From assembly GCA_002399265.1 (NCBI GenBank), contig DHDG01000039.1, forward strand, positions 33,847 through 97,846: 64,000 nucleotides of DNA. The letters are read 5' to 3'. The stretch is from Firmicutes bacterium UBA4882. Lineage in GTDB: Bacteria; Bacillota; UBA4882. The notes under the pieces were generated by a model that saw only the letters and a list, made by a program, of their open reading frames with translations, made no database searches and was not told where the DNA came from. Both the position numbers and the translations under genes were made by a program. This document shows, one piece after another, positions 46,127 through 58,573 of the stretch (position 1 is its first letter; each line of letters opens with the position of its first letter).

Positions 46127-46869
46127 GGCTGCGCTTCGCTCCTTTCCCACTGCTCGCTGCCCTGAAAAACAACTTTGACTTCGCCGCTGCGGAAAATGAG
46201 GGCGATCTTTATTTTCACAGGGAATGCCGGACGCGTATATTGCCATGCCTCTTTCAGAGCACGCAGTGAATAGGAATCCAGCCTTTGATCACCGGAAGCT
46301 GATAGCAGTACCACCTGAATCTCACCTTCCGGAGTCAACCTGACCTCTGTCAATACTTCTCCTTCTGAGCCTTCGTTCTGAGCATTTTTAGGATAAGTCA
46401 CCGGTTGACTGAGAACAAAGCCTTCCCCACTGCCGAGTCCCAGTCCCTTGTTTCCGCCTTGCGATGCACCGTTATTGCCGGCGCCCGATCCAGGCGAGCC
46501 AGGCGATGAATCAGACGGCACCGGCGGCACTGTGGAGCTATCTTGGGGCAATGTTTTGATCGGTTCATTAGTCTTGGGCTGCTGGGCGGTTTTTATTGGC
46601 GGGGATTCCTTTGGAGGTGGTTCTTTTTGCTGCGGCCGTTGTTGCTGTTCTTGAGCAGCTTCATTGACATTAATCTGCACAGCAGCAGTTTGCTCGGCGC
46701 GGCCGTCAGAAATCGTTGGACCCAGTTCGACAAAGCCGACCTCCAAAACTTCCATGCCGTTGCCTGCGGAAAGTCCTCCGCCAGGTACTGACGCCAACAG
46801 CAATAAGACTACATGCAGGATCAGTGATATGGTCCAGGAAATACCTTTACGCCAACCTGCGCTCATCAA
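46123..46869 (-). CDS. tonB: TonB-like energy transducer (TM anchor, Pro-rich spacer, TonB C-terminal domain)
   Basis: The architecture and the C-terminal domain pattern fit TonB. The gene follows exbD with a 4-nt overlap. Confidence 0.7.
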   Translation of the reverse strand: MMSAGWRKGISWTISLILHVVLLLLASVPGGGLSAGNGMEVLEVGFVELGPTISDGRAEQTAAVQINVNEAAQEQQQRPQQKEPPPKESPPIKTAQQPKTNEPIKTLPQDSSTVPPVPSDSSPGSPGSGAGNNGASQGGNKGLGLGSGEGFVLSQPVTYPKNAQNEGSEGEVLTEVRLTPEGEIQVVLLSASGDQRLDSYSLRALKEAWQYTRPAFPVKIKIALIFRSGEVKVVFQGSEQWERSEAQP

Positions 46870-47294
46870 TCAATCACCCCGTCATCGGAGGGACCTTGAT
46901 CCACGCGGCGTACACCCAGCGCAGGTCTTTCTGCTCCTCCCTCCCTAATCAGGTCCAGAGCGGCCACCAGGTCTTCGTATGCCACTTTGCGATCCGGATA
47001 CAAGACTACTTGCATCTGCGGGTTATCGATCAATGATTGCGTAACCCGCGCGGAGACTTCCGCAGCAGGAATCCGCAGACCTTCGATGAAATATTGCCCC
47101 TCGGTATCAAGCGCCACAACCAATTGCTCAATCTCAGCGACCGGGGCAGTGCTTGAGTCTGGAAGAGAAACCGGAATGGAAGCTGCTCCATTATCAAAAG
47201 TACCATAGATCACGAAAAAGAAGACCAGCATTACCATTACATCGATCAGAGGTACAATGTCAACCCTGGCTTTACGCTTCCAGTATCGAGCCAT
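46866..47294 (-). CDS. exbD: Biopolymer transport protein ExbD/TolR
   Basis: The N-terminus IVPLIDVMVMLVFFF is typical, and the size matches. Confidence 0.85.
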   Translation of the reverse strand: MARYWKRKARVDIVPLIDVMVMLVFFFVIYGTFDNGAASIPVSLPDSSTAPVAEIEQLVVALDTEGQYFIEGLRIPAAEVSARVTQSLIDNPQMQVVLYPDRKVAYEDLVAALDLIREGGAERPALGVRRVDQGPSDDGVID

Positions 47295-47910
47295 GGTTAC
47301 CCCTCCGATCTTTTAACATTGCCGAGAAATCAATTGTCTCACGTTCCAGCATCTCGGCGACGGATTCAGCGCGATGCACAAAATAGTTCATGGCCACCAG
47401 TGTAGGAATCGCAATAATTAATCCTGATGCAGTAGTAATCAGCGCTTCAGCAATACCCAAGCCAACCGATTCCATCCTGGCCATCGCCGAGGCTGCGCCA
47501 AGCAAGCGGAAAGTATTGAGAATGCCAGTAACAGTACCCAACAGTCCCAGAAGGGGCGCTGCCGTTACGATTGTGTCCAGAATGGAGAGCCCCGAAAATA
47601 ACTTTTTTCTTTCCAGACTGGCGGCCGCTTGCATTTCAAGCTCAGCATTTTCAGGATTTGCCGCTGCCAGGCCATTTGATAAAACCCGCATTACTGGACC
47701 GTCCGAATCGTTAAACAGTAGAACCGCTTCATTGGTAGCACCGGCGGCAATCAGCTTCCGGGCTGCTCTGAGACGATCCGATAATCCATTTTCCGTTTTG
47801 CGCAGCCGGACAAAAAAGATGATCCTTTCTACTATCACCGCCAGAGCCGTGACAGAACACAGCAACAGAGGATACATAACGGGCCCGCCTTTGGAAATTA
47901 TTGTGAACAT
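47272..47910 (-). CDS. exbB: MotA/TolQ/ExbB proton-channel protein
   Basis: Three TM helices and the conserved C-terminal helix region are present. RBS AAGGAGGA lies 7 nt upstream. Confidence 0.85.
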   Translation of the reverse strand: MFTIISKGGPVMYPLLLCSVTALAVIVERIIFFVRLRKTENGLSDRLRAARKLIAAGATNEAVLLFNDSDGPVMRVLSNGLAAANPENAELEMQAAASLERKKLFSGLSILDTIVTAAPLLGLLGTVTGILNTFRLLGAASAMARMESVGLGIAEALITTASGLIIAIPTLVAMNYFVHRAESVAEMLERETIDFSAMLKDRRGNHGSILEA

Positions 47911-48075
47911 AGAAATTCCTCCTTACTGTTTTAGGGTCTTTTCACTGGCGCACACATCTAAAAAGCAATCCATTTCCTGAATCCTTTTCACAAACGCACT
48001 TCTTTTTATTTCTTTTCCAGGGACTCCTATTCCTGCCCAGAAAATATTTAAGAAGATATGCAAAAACTGGAAACA

Positions 48076-48110
48076 CCAAAAAGGCTATCCGATGCTGAAT
48101 AGCCTTTTTG
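48076..48110. terminator. Bidirectional rho-independent terminator between deoC and exbB
   Basis: The stem aaaaaggctat/atagccttttt has flanking A/T runs on both strands. Confidence 0.6.
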
Positions 48111-48155
48111 CACACATGCCTGGACGCGCTGCAGTGTGCAGCGCCATGTCCGAAA

Positions 48156-48839
48156 CTAATATGAACTCTGCCCAGCCGATCCAGTGACGACCGCGACACC
48201 GGCACTCAGACCGAGACGACTGGCACCGGCTTCCACCATTCGCAACGCCGTTTCGCGATCTCTGATTCCGCCGGAGGCCTTCACGCCAATCTCTGAACCC
48301 ACCATGGCCCGCATCAGCTTCACATCTTCAACGGTGGCACCACCGCGACTGAACCCAGTTGATGTCTTGACGAAATTGGCACCAGCTTCCACTGCGATTT
48401 TGCAGGCGGTTTTCTTCTCTTCATCAGTTAATAATGCGGTTTCAATAATCACCTTAACCAAACGTCCGCCGGACGCATCCACAACGGCGGCGATATCGCG
48501 GTGCACTTCCTGATAAAGCCCAGATTTCAGTGCGCCAATTCGTATCACCATATCAAGCTCATCGGCTCCCATGGCAGCTGCATCTCTAGCTTCGGCGGCT
48601 TTGGCAAAAGCAGACGTAGCCCCCAGGGGAAATCCAATAACAGTACAGACTTTGACCGGCGATCCAGCCAGTTCCTGCTTAGCCAGCGGTACAAAGACCG
48701 GATTCACGCAAACCGAACAGAACTGATATTCCCGTGCTTCCTGACAGAGCTTCCGGATGTCTGCAGGCGTAGCCTCCGGTTTTAAAAGAGTATGATCAAT
48801 TATGCCAGCCAGTTCTTTGTCAAAATAACTATTTGCCAT
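48156..48839 (-). CDS. deoC: Deoxyribose-phosphate aldolase
   Basis: Begins [24 protein letters not shown]. The Schiff-base lysine context is present. A strong internal RBS AAGGAGG lies 8 nt upstream of the ATG at 48839. Confidence 0.85.
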   Translation of the reverse strand: MANSYFDKELAGIIDHTLLKPEATPADIRKLCQEAREYQFCSVCVNPVFVPLAKQELAGSPVKVCTVIGFPLGATSAFAKAAEARDAAAMGADELDMVIRIGALKSGLYQEVHRDIAAVVDASGGRLVKVIIETALLTDEEKKTACKIAVEAGANFVKTSTGFSRGGATVEDVKLMRAMVGSEIGVKASGGIRDRETALRMVEAGASRLGLSAGVAVVTGSAGQSSY

Positions 48840-49445
48840 TGGCAGTTCCTCCTTTTTGCATCGCTGCATAATATTCAGTGCCAGTTGTACAGCAGGTCCG
48901 ACACCTGCAATGCCAATAATTGACCCGATTCCTACCGGACCCCCCAGGATATATCCCAGCACGGCTGCAAAGACGTCCAATAGTATCCGCACTAACCCAG
49001 GCTTAATTTTCAATTTTTCGCTGATCCCGACCATAGCGAGTTCAATGGGACCCTCGCCGAGATTACCGCTGATATAGATTGCTGAGCCAAAGCCGATCGC
49101 AAAAACCGCAATCACGATAAAAAGGATTTGCAGATGAATGATACCGCCAACCTCAGGTAATATTCCCAGCAGACAGTCCAGTATCAGGCCTACCAAAAAA
49201 AAGTTGGCCAGTGTGGCAAGCCCCGGCTTTCTCTTCAGAATCAGCAAACAAAAGACAATCAACAGAAGACCAACAATTTGAGAGGCTCTCCCGGGAGTAA
49301 TCCCTGCCGCCTTAGACAGTCCCAGAGTCAGGATTGTCCAAGGATCAACTCCCAATTCCGCCCTGACATATAACGCGATGCCAAATCCAATTAGAGCAAT
49401 ACCGACTAAAACGGTTAGCCCGCGCCAAAAGCAATTTTTTAGCAG
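48156..49445 (-). CDS. YczE-like (4-5 TM) membrane domain read through in-frame into deoC with no intervening stop; possible natural fusion or lost stop
   Basis: The track ORF is continuous from the membrane domain into DeoC. The only plausible start downstream of the purD stop is a CTG (49445) after AAAGGAG, which makes the start uncertain. Confidence 0.4.
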   Translation of the reverse strand: MLKNCFWRGLTVLVGIALIGFGIALYVRAELGVDPWTILTLGLSKAAGITPGRASQIVGLLLIVFCLLILKRKPGLATLANFFLVGLILDCLLGILPEVGGIIHLQILFIVIAVFAIGFGSAIYISGNLGEGPIELAMVGISEKLKIKPGLVRILLDVFAAVLGYILGGPVGIGSIIGIAGVGPAVQLALNIMQRCKKEELPMANSYFDKELAGIIDHTLLKPEATPADIRKLCQEAREYQFCSVCVNPVFVPLAKQELAGSPVKVCTVIGFPLGATSAFAKAAEARDAAAMGADELDMVIRIGALKSGLYQEVHRDIAAVVDASGGRLVKVIIETALLTDEEKKTACKIAVEAGANFVKTSTGFSRGGATVEDVKLMRAMVGSEIGVKASGGIRDRETALRMVEAGASRLGLSAGVAVVTGSAGQSSY

Positions 49446-49461
49446 TTGAGGAGACTCCTTT

Positions 49462-50763
49462 CTAACGGGCAATATCTTTGCGATAGACCATGCCGTCGAA
49501 ATGAACGTGTGCGAGGCCTTGATACGCCAAGTCAGCCGCCTGCGCCACGCCAGCGTCGGATTGCGCCACCACATTCAGAACTCTTCCGCCAGCGGTTACC
49601 AGACCATCAGGACTGTCGGCCGTGCCAGCGTGAAAGATCTGACACCCCAATGCTTCCGCTTCCGACAGGCCTGTGATAATTTTACCGCTTCGATACTTTC
49701 CCGGATAACCTTGGGACGCCGCAACCACACATACAGATGATCTATTTTCCCATTGCAGCGCTTTTCCTGCAAGCTTTTTCATGACAGCCGCCCATAAAAT
49801 TTCCGCCAGATCCGTCTGCAGCAGAGGCAGCAAGGCTTGTGTTTCTGGATCACCAAAACGAGCATTAAATTCGACAACTTTAGGTCCATCTCCTGTCAGC
49901 ATTAACCCGGCATAGAGCAGACCTGTGAACGGCCGTCCCATTTCCGCCAAGGTTTTCAGAACTGGATCAATAATTGAGTTCTTCACCAACTCTGCCAAAT
50001 TGTCCGGCGCATCAGCAACTGGGGCAAACGCGCCCATCCCTCCGGTATTGGCACCGGTATTCCCTTCGCCAATTGCTTTATGATCACGTGCCGGAATCAT
50101 GATTACCGAATCAGTGCCACTGCAGACTGCAAAAACAGAAGCTTCTTTGCCTGCCATAAACTCTTCAATTAAGACACAGTTATCCCCGGAAGATTGTGCC
50201 TTGGACGATTGCAGCCCGCCAGGATGCTCTTCGCAACATTGTGGCAAGAATTCGCAGATGGTCTCCTCAGCTTCGCTTAGGCTATGACAGATCCGCACCC
50301 CTTTTCCGGCAGCCAAGTTGTTCATCTTAAGCACTACAGGAAAATTGGCCGAAGAAAGGGAGCGCAAACCCGTTTTTCTATCGTGAACCTCCTGATAAGT
50401 GGCAGTCGGCACTTTCGCCTTGCGCATTACCTGCTTGGCGAAGACTTTACTGGTCTCGATTTCAGCGGCGGCTGCGGATGGACCAAAGGCAGGAATACCA
50501 GCTCTGGTGAGCATGTCAGACAGACCGGCCGCCAAATATATTTCCGGACCGATTACAACTAAATCGGGCCGTGCATTGACAGCCCAATCATAGATCGCGC
50601 CGGCACTCAAGTCACCAGGCCGAACATTTTCGGCGTATCTGGCTGTCCCGGGATTGCCCGGTGCGCAATATAGCTTTTTTACCAATGGACTGCGGGATAA
50701 CTTCCAACAGAGAGCATCCTCTCTGGCTCCGCTTCCGACAATTAGAATTTTCATTGTGCTCAT
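49462..50763 (-). CDS. purD: Phosphoribosylamine-glycine ligase
   Basis: The ATP-grasp motifs are present, with full-length PurD similarity. Confidence 0.9.
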   Translation of the reverse strand: MSTMKILIVGSGAREDALCWKLSRSPLVKKLYCAPGNPGTARYAENVRPGDLSAGAIYDWAVNARPDLVVIGPEIYLAAGLSDMLTRAGIPAFGPSAAAAEIETSKVFAKQVMRKAKVPTATYQEVHDRKTGLRSLSSANFPVVLKMNNLAAGKGVRICHSLSEAEETICEFLPQCCEEHPGGLQSSKAQSSGDNCVLIEEFMAGKEASVFAVCSGTDSVIMIPARDHKAIGEGNTGANTGGMGAFAPVADAPDNLAELVKNSIIDPVLKTLAEMGRPFTGLLYAGLMLTGDGPKVVEFNARFGDPETQALLPLLQTDLAEILWAAVMKKLAGKALQWENRSSVCVVAASQGYPGKYRSGKIITGLSEAEALGCQIFHAGTADSPDGLVTAGGRVLNVVAQSDAGVAQAADLAYQGLAHVHFDGMVYRKDIAR

Positions 50764-50832
50764 GCTATGCTACCTCCTGCTGATGGGCAATCATGCTGCC
50801 CGGTAATATCACGCCCGTCTCTCCAGTAATCT

Positions 50833-52476
<1,644 letters not shown>

Positions 52477-52501
52477 GTGATGTCCCTCCTAATCCATCTC
52501 C

Positions 52502-53107
52502 CTAATCCAAGATGCGCACTTTACGGCCTTCAATTTGCAGCCGTCCTTGCGCAAACAGACTGACTGCCAAAGGAAACAGTCGGTGTTCGACCTGCAGCAC
52601 CCGGGCAGCCAGATTATCCTCGTCATCATCTGGAAGAACCGGAACCGCCTCCTGCAAAATAACCGGACCGCTGTCGATTCCGCCATCCACAAAGTGCACA
52701 GTACACCCGCTAATCTTGGCACCGTAGCGCAGTACATCCCGATGCGGATGGGCACCGGGAAACGCAGGCAGCAAAGCAGGATGAATGTTCATGATTTTTC
52801 CCTGATAGCGCTCCAGAAAATGTCCTCTCAACAAATACATAAAACCCGCCGTCAAGACCAGATCCGGATTGTAAGGCGCGATCAGTTCCGCCATGGCATC
52901 ACCATATAAGTCCGGATTGGAATCCGGCTTTCTGGATATTATCGCGACCGGAATATTGTTTTCTTTGGCATACAATAGGCCCGGAACTTCTGGAGCACTA
53001 CTAACAACGGCCACGATGCTGCCGTCGATTTGCCCCGCTGCAATGGCGTCGATAATCGCTTTCAGGTTGCTGCCTCTGCCTGATATCAAGACTACTATGC
53101 GAATCAA
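52502..53107 (-). CDS. purN: Phosphoribosylglycinamide formyltransferase
   Basis: The N-terminus MIRIVVLISGRGSNL and the formyltransferase His/Asp motifs are present. Confidence 0.9.
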   Translation of the reverse strand: MIRIVVLISGRGSNLKAIIDAIAAGQIDGSIVAVVSSAPEVPGLLYAKENNIPVAIISRKPDSNPDLYGDAMAELIAPYNPDLVLTAGFMYLLRGHFLERYQGKIMNIHPALLPAFPGAHPHRDVLRYGAKISGCTVHFVDGGIDSGPVILQEAVPVLPDDDEDNLAARVLQVEHRLFPLAVSLFAQGRLQIEGRKVRILD

Positions 53108-53111
53108 ACAA

Positions 53112-54134
53112 TCACTTCCTATAGGTCACTCCCGGAAGATCGGTAATCTCACCGACTACCCAGGCGTTGATTCCCGCTTCTGCCAGGAATGAGACCGCCT
53201 TCACGGCCTGTTTCTCCGGCACAACAGCGACCATTCCCAGACCCATATTAAATGTGCGGAACATTTCCGCCTCGTCTACGCCAGCGGTATTAGCCAAAAA
53301 TCCGAAAATTGGGGGTACTGGCCAAGAGGACAAATTAAAGACCGCCCCGTTACCCTCCGGCAGAATTCTGGGCACATTTTCGGTTAGGCCGCCGCCGGTA
53401 ATATGAGCCAATCCGCGAACCTCCACCTCTTTGATCAGACCCAAAACAGGTTTGACATAAATCTGAGTCGGCGTAAGCAGTACTTCTCCCAGAGGTTTAC
53501 GGAAACCAGCGACATAGTCCTCATAGGACAGCCGATGGTCTTTCATGATCTTGCGTACCAATGAAAAGCCATTACTATGTACACCGGTGGAAGCCATACC
53601 GATTATGGCGTCCCCTTTTTGGATAGAACGGCCGTCAATGATCTGATCATGTTCCACCACGCCGACAGAAAAGCCAGCAATGTCGCATGAGCCAGCCTCC
53701 ATATGACCGGGGTGTTCGGCAGTCTCTCCGCCAATCAGCGAACAGCCTGCCTGACGGCAACCTTCCGCCACGCCCGCGATCACGGCCGCCCCAACATTGA
53801 CGTCCAGTTTGCCGGTCACGAAATAGTCCAGAAAGAAGAGCGGTTCCGCTCCCACCACCACCAAGTCATTGACACACATTGCTACCGCGTCTATACCAAT
53901 CGTATCATGCTTATCCATAAACTGGGATATCATTACTTTAGTGCCGGCACCGTCTGTTGAGGAAACCAGCACCGGGCGCCGATAACCGCCAGGTAGGTCA
54001 CACAAAGCTCCAAAGCCGCCAATGCTGGAGAGTACTTCTGGCCTGCGGGTTGAGGCGGTGTAAGGCGCGATTCTGCGCACAAATTCATTTCCGGCATCAA
54101 TGTTGACACCTGAATCCCGGTAAGTTAAAGACAT
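53112..54134 (-). CDS. purM: Phosphoribosylformylglycinamidine cyclo-ligase (AIR synthetase)
   Basis: A PurM-like N-domain and C-domain are present. The gene overlaps the purF stop by 10 nt. Confidence 0.9.
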   Translation of the reverse strand: MSLTYRDSGVNIDAGNEFVRRIAPYTASTRRPEVLSSIGGFGALCDLPGGYRRPVLVSSTDGAGTKVMISQFMDKHDTIGIDAVAMCVNDLVVVGAEPLFFLDYFVTGKLDVNVGAAVIAGVAEGCRQAGCSLIGGETAEHPGHMEAGSCDIAGFSVGVVEHDQIIDGRSIQKGDAIIGMASTGVHSNGFSLVRKIMKDHRLSYEDYVAGFRKPLGEVLLTPTQIYVKPVLGLIKEVEVRGLAHITGGGLTENVPRILPEGNGAVFNLSSWPVPPIFGFLANTAGVDEAEMFRTFNMGLGMVAVVPEKQAVKAVSFLAEAGINAWVVGEITDLPGVTYRK

Positions 54135-55612
54135 GCTTGCTCCTCCTCCAGAATGTGCTTGCTTCCGCAGTCGCAGCCCCGCGGTATGCCAAATGGATAT
54201 TCTCCGTTAAAGCAGGCTAGACAAAGTCCGTCCGGCAGACCGATCGATTGCTGCAAGCCTTCAATCGTCTGGAAATGCAGTGAATCTGCACCAATAGAGC
54301 GGCGCATCTCATCCACCGAACAAGTAGCGGCAATCAGTTCACGGCTAGCCGAAATATCAATTCCGTAAAAGCAAGGGTATTTAAGGGGCGGTGAACTGAT
54401 AAACATGTGCACCTCTTTTGCTCCAGCCTCATGCAACATTTTGACCAAGAGCTTACTGGTCGTGCCTCTGACAATCGAATCGTCGATGATGACAATCCGT
54501 TTGCCTCTTAAGATCTGGCTGATCGGATGCAGCTTCAGGTTAACCCCCATGTTGCGCTCCGCCTGAAGCGGCCTAATAAAGGTTCTTCCCACATAACGAT
54601 TCACTACCAGCGCGGTATCAAGCGGTAATCCCGATTGTTCGGCGTACCCGATCGCTGTGGAAAAACCGCTCTCTGGAACTGGTACTACCAAATCGGCGTC
54701 AATCTCACTGACCCGCGCTAGTTGGCGTCCCATTTCCTTCCTGGTTTCGTGAACCAGTCGTCCCTCAATGACACTGTCCGCTCTGGAAAAATAGACGAAC
54801 TCCATAGCGCACAGAGCCCGTTTAGTCGGTGGCAACACGCGCTGCGAGCGTATACCATCCGGAGACAAAATCACCATTTCCCCGGGGTCGATATCACGCA
54901 AGACTTCTCCACCAATAGAACTGATCGCGCTCGATTCAGAAGCCACGACATAGCCTTCCGGCACGATCCCGAGGGACAGGGGGCGATTGCCGCCACCGTC
55001 CCTGACAGCGTAAACAGTATTACCGTGCAGAACGACCAGCGAAAAACTACCTTTTAATTTGGACACCGTTTTGCGGATCGCTGATTCGATCGATTCCGTA
55101 CTATATCTGGCAATTAAATTTAAGATTACTTCTGTGTCAGAAGTAGTTTGAAATACTGAACCGCCCTGCGCCAGTTCGTCGCAGAGGGCGGCAGTATTGA
55201 TCAAATTCCCATTATGAGCGACCGCCAGCATGCCCTTCAGACAACGTGCCACGATCGGCTGTGCGTTCACTACTGAGCTGGTGCCGGTCGTTGAGTAACG
55301 CACATGCCCGATTGCTGAGGTTCCAATCAAACCGTCGATAATCGTTTCGTCAAAGACATGCCGGACCATGCCCATGTTTTTATGACAGATCATTTTATGA
55401 CCGTCCGACACGGTGATTCCGGCACTCTCTTGACCGCGGTGCTGCAGTGCATATAACCCCATATAAGACATGCGCGCTGCAGCGCAACCTGAACGCCCGG
55501 CCACCCCAAACACGCCGCATTCCTCGTGCAGACGATCCTCAAAGATGTCTTCTGAGCCTTCCACTGCGCCTGCTATTGGGCCTTCATGCAGTTGGCAATA
55601 CTGTTTTTCCAT
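54125..55612 (-). CDS. purF: Amidophosphoribosyltransferase (with ~30-aa propeptide before the catalytic Cys)
   Basis: The motif ECGVFGV, a PRTase motif, and [4Fe-4S] Cys residues are present. The ATG at 55612 overlaps the purL 3' end by 40 nt. Confidence 0.9.
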   Translation of the reverse strand: MEKQYCQLHEGPIAGAVEGSEDIFEDRLHEECGVFGVAGRSGCAAARMSYMGLYALQHRGQESAGITVSDGHKMICHKNMGMVRHVFDETIIDGLIGTSAIGHVRYSTTGTSSVVNAQPIVARCLKGMLAVAHNGNLINTAALCDELAQGGSVFQTTSDTEVILNLIARYSTESIESAIRKTVSKLKGSFSLVVLHGNTVYAVRDGGGNRPLSLGIVPEGYVVASESSAISSIGGEVLRDIDPGEMVILSPDGIRSQRVLPPTKRALCAMEFVYFSRADSVIEGRLVHETRKEMGRQLARVSEIDADLVVPVPESGFSTAIGYAEQSGLPLDTALVVNRYVGRTFIRPLQAERNMGVNLKLHPISQILRGKRIVIIDDSIVRGTTSKLLVKMLHEAGAKEVHMFISSPPLKYPCFYGIDISASRELIAATCSVDEMRRSIGADSLHFQTIEGLQQSIGLPDGLCLACFNGEYPFGIPRGCDCGSKHILEEEQACL

Positions 55613-58572
55613 CTCTGCTCCATCTCCCTTACGGGTACGTCGACACAGGGGGACGGTTCTTCTGTGCTATTTTGATCGCAACAACAAGAGCAAGCGTACT
55701 TTCCCTGTTTAGCTGGCTCGATTGTGATTTGCAGATTCATACCGCCCACTGTTCCCAGTTTAGTAGCACTAATGCCATAATGTCCGGCAAGCTCCACGAT
55801 TGCCGCCGACGACTCCGCCGGAGCTGAGATCAAAATCCGGCTTTGGCTCTCACCGAATAACAGCGCATCGGGCCTGATCAAATTGGAATTAGAATCGGTA
55901 GCCGGCAGGCGCAGTGTGGCACCTTTACCGCCGGCAATACAGCATTCTGCGGCTGCAACCGCCAGACCACCCTCGCTGAGATCATGCGCCGAAACAATGA
56001 GGCTCCGGTCAATGAGCTCCAGAATCAGACTAATCAGCTGCTTCTCTTTCTTAAGATCAAGTTCTGGAACTCGGCCAGCAACCGTTTGGGCACAGACCTT
56101 CAAATACTCGCTGCCGCCAAGCTCTTCCCTGGTCTCGCCCAGCAGAATGACACTGTGGTCCTCTACTTTAAAGGCCATGTCGCATCTTTTGCTAATGTCG
56201 TTTATGAGCCCGAGCATGCCAATAATCGGCGACGGGTAGATCGGCTGGCCGTTGGTTTCGTTGTAAAAACTAACATTACCGCCGATCACCGGCGTTTCAA
56301 GTTCTCGGCAAGCGTCGGCAATCCCGTCAACCCCTCTGGCGAATTGCCAATAAACATCGGGCTTCTCCGGATTACCGTAGTTCAGCCCATCAGTGACTGC
56401 CACCGGTTTGGCACCTGTGCAAGCTACGTTCCGAGCGGCTTCCGCGACTGCAGCAGCTGCACCGGTATAGGGATCGAGATAGCAAAGACGCCCGTTACCA
56501 TCGATTGAAAACGCAATACCCTTTTGCGTATCTTTTACGCGCAAAACAGCAGCATCCGCACTGCCAGGGACGAGTACCGTATTATTTTGGATCATATGAT
56601 CGTATTGCCGATACACCCATTCTTTACTGGCTATGCCCGGAGACGCCAACAGCTTCAGCAGGCACGCATTAAAATCGGACGGCAAAGGGACTGCGTTCAT
56701 ATCATAGTTATTCAGCTCGTCAAGATAGGCGGGCTTTTCACATTCAGTAACGTACTTTGGAGCACCTTGCGTTGACAATGACCAGGCCGGTACTTCTGCC
56801 ACCACTTGGGGTCCTTCATAAAGTCGCAGCATGCCATCGTCGGTTACGGTGCCGACAATATTACAATCCAAACCCCAGCGCTCATAAATGGCGGTGACCG
56901 CTTCCTCGCAACCCGGCTTGGGCACGAGCAGCATCCGTTCCTGAGACTCCGAAAGCATCATTTCATAGGGTGTGATACCTTCTTCGCGGCGTGGCACTTT
57001 CAGCAAATCCATTTCAATGCCGGTATCGGCTCTGGCAGCCATTTCACAAGCTGAGCTGGTCAATCCGGCTGCTCCCATATCCTGAACCCCAACAAGCAAT
57101 TTTGCTTTGATTACTTCCAGAGTAGCTTCAATGAGCAGTTTCTCGGTAAAGGGGTCGCCAACCTGAACGGCGGGCCTTTTTTCTTCGGAGTTTTCATTGA
57201 GCTCACCAGAAGCAAAGCTGGCACCTAAAATGCCATCGCGTCCAGTATTGGCACCAGCCACCATTACAGCATTGCCGACGCCACTAGCGGAAGCGGTGAT
57301 AATATCGTCTGTTTTAGCCAATCCAACACACATCACGTTGACAAGAGGATTACCATAATAACAAGAATCAAACTGAATCTCGCCGCCAATAGTTGGCACG
57401 CCGACACAATTACCATATCCGGCGATGCCAGACACTACGCCCGAAAATAAGTAACGGGTGCGGTCATCCGTCAGTGGACTAAAGCGCAGCGAATTCAGAC
57501 AAGCAACCGGCCGGGCGCCCATAGTGAAGATATCGCGCAGAATGCCGCCAATGCCGGTAGCTGCTCCCTGATAAGGCTCGATCGCCGAAGGATGATTATG
57601 GCTTTCTACTTTCATCACGACCGCCATACCATCGCCAATGTCGATAATGCCGGCGTTTTCACCCGGTCCCTGCAGAATATGGGGGCCTTCTGTAGGAAAG
57701 CGCGAGAATAAAGCCCGGGAATGTTTGTAGGCACAATGTTCAGACCACAGAGCGGCGAACATACCTAATTCAGTAAGATTCGGTTCACGACCAAGCTGGC
57801 TGATGATTCTGTCGTATTCGGCAGAAGTAAGGCCAAGCTCAACTGCTTTTGCTCTCATGCTCATGCTGTCCACCTGCCGCTTCCTGATTAGTGACTTGAT
57901 GATCGACTTAAAAATGTAATTGCCGTCTTCAGAGCCGAGAATGCTTTCCCCGGCCCGCTCTGGATGCGGCATCAGTCCAAAAACGTTGCCGCTTTCATTA
58001 ACAATACCCGCGATATTGGCGACGGAACCATTTGGATTATGCTCGGGAAGCACCGTTCCATTAGAACCGCAATAGCTTAGAACAATACCGCCATAACCGC
58101 GCAAGCGCTCCAAGCCTGTCTCATCAATATAGAAATTGCCGTCCATGTGGGCAATGGGGATGCTCAAAACTTGATCAGGAGTACAGGTGTTCGTAAAAAT
58201 GGTTTCGTTATTTTCAACCTTTAAAAATGTATTATTGCAAATAAAACTGATTCCCTCATTGCGCCGCAGCGCGCCGGGGAGTAAGCCAGACTCCGTCAGA
58301 ATTTGAAAGCCGTTACAGATGCCAATCACTGGACCACCAGATTCCGCAAAACGTCGGACAGCTTCCATGATTGGGGAAAAACGGGCAATCGCGCCTGGAC
58401 GCAAATAATCGCCATAAGAAAAGCCTCCGGGCAGAACGATCGCATCGATATCATTGAACGCCTGCTCACCGTGCCAAATATATTCGGTCTCTTGCTGCAG
58501 CACATCTTCCAGCGCGTGACGGCAATCATCGTCGCAGTTCGATCCCGGGAAAACAACTATTCCAAAGCGCAT
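55573..58572 (-). CDS. purQL: Fused PurQ-PurL: N-terminal glutamine amidotransferase (aa 1-236) joined in-frame to FGAM synthase II (aa 237-999)
   Basis: The PurQ catalytic region (GICNGFQIL...HPER) is followed, with no stop, by a canonical PurL N-terminus [18 protein letters not shown]...[10 protein letters not shown]. An internal ATG at 57864 is preceded by AGGTGG 5 nt upstream. The PurL C-terminus matches the expected ...ELxRAWKxxIxxxLK ending. Confidence 0.85.
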   Translation of the reverse strand: MRFGIVVFPGSNCDDDCRHALEDVLQQETEYIWHGEQAFNDIDAIVLPGGFSYGDYLRPGAIARFSPIMEAVRRFAESGGPVIGICNGFQILTESGLLPGALRRNEGISFICNNTFLKVENNETIFTNTCTPDQVLSIPIAHMDGNFYIDETGLERLRGYGGIVLSYCGSNGTVLPEHNPNGSVANIAGIVNESGNVFGLMPHPERAGESILGSEDGNYIFKSIIKSLIRKRQVDSMSMRAKAVELGLTSAEYDRIISQLGREPNLTELGMFAALWSEHCAYKHSRALFSRFPTEGPHILQGPGENAGIIDIGDGMAVVMKVESHNHPSAIEPYQGAATGIGGILRDIFTMGARPVACLNSLRFSPLTDDRTRYLFSGVVSGIAGYGNCVGVPTIGGEIQFDSCYYGNPLVNVMCVGLAKTDDIITASASGVGNAVMVAGANTGRDGILGASFASGELNENSEEKRPAVQVGDPFTEKLLIEATLEVIKAKLLVGVQDMGAAGLTSSACEMAARADTGIEMDLLKVPRREEGITPYEMMLSESQERMLLVPKPGCEEAVTAIYERWGLDCNIVGTVTDDGMLRLYEGPQVVAEVPAWSLSTQGAPKYVTECEKPAYLDELNNYDMNAVPLPSDFNACLLKLLASPGIASKEWVYRQYDHMIQNNTVLVPGSADAAVLRVKDTQKGIAFSIDGNGRLCYLDPYTGAAAAVAEAARNVACTGAKPVAVTDGLNYGNPEKPDVYWQFARGVDGIADACRELETPVIGGNVSFYNETNGQPIYPSPIIGMLGLINDISKRCDMAFKVEDHSVILLGETREELGGSEYLKVCAQTVAGRVPELDLKKEKQLISLILELIDRSLIVSAHDLSEGGLAVAAAECCIAGGKGATLRLPATDSNSNLIRPDALLFGESQSRILISAPAESSAAIVELAGHYGISATKLGTVGGMNLQITIEPAKQGKYACSCCCDQNSTEEPSPCVDVPVREMEQRWKNSIANCMKAQ
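55642..55666. repeat. 25-nt repeat copy 2 (GACACAGGGGGACGGTTCTTCTGTG), inside the purL 3' coding region, 30 nt upstream of the purF ATG
   Basis: 24/25 identity with 60511..60535. It contains an imperfect inverted repeat. It encodes ...TEEPSPCVD... in PurL. Confidence 0.7.
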
Positions 58573-58573
58573 C

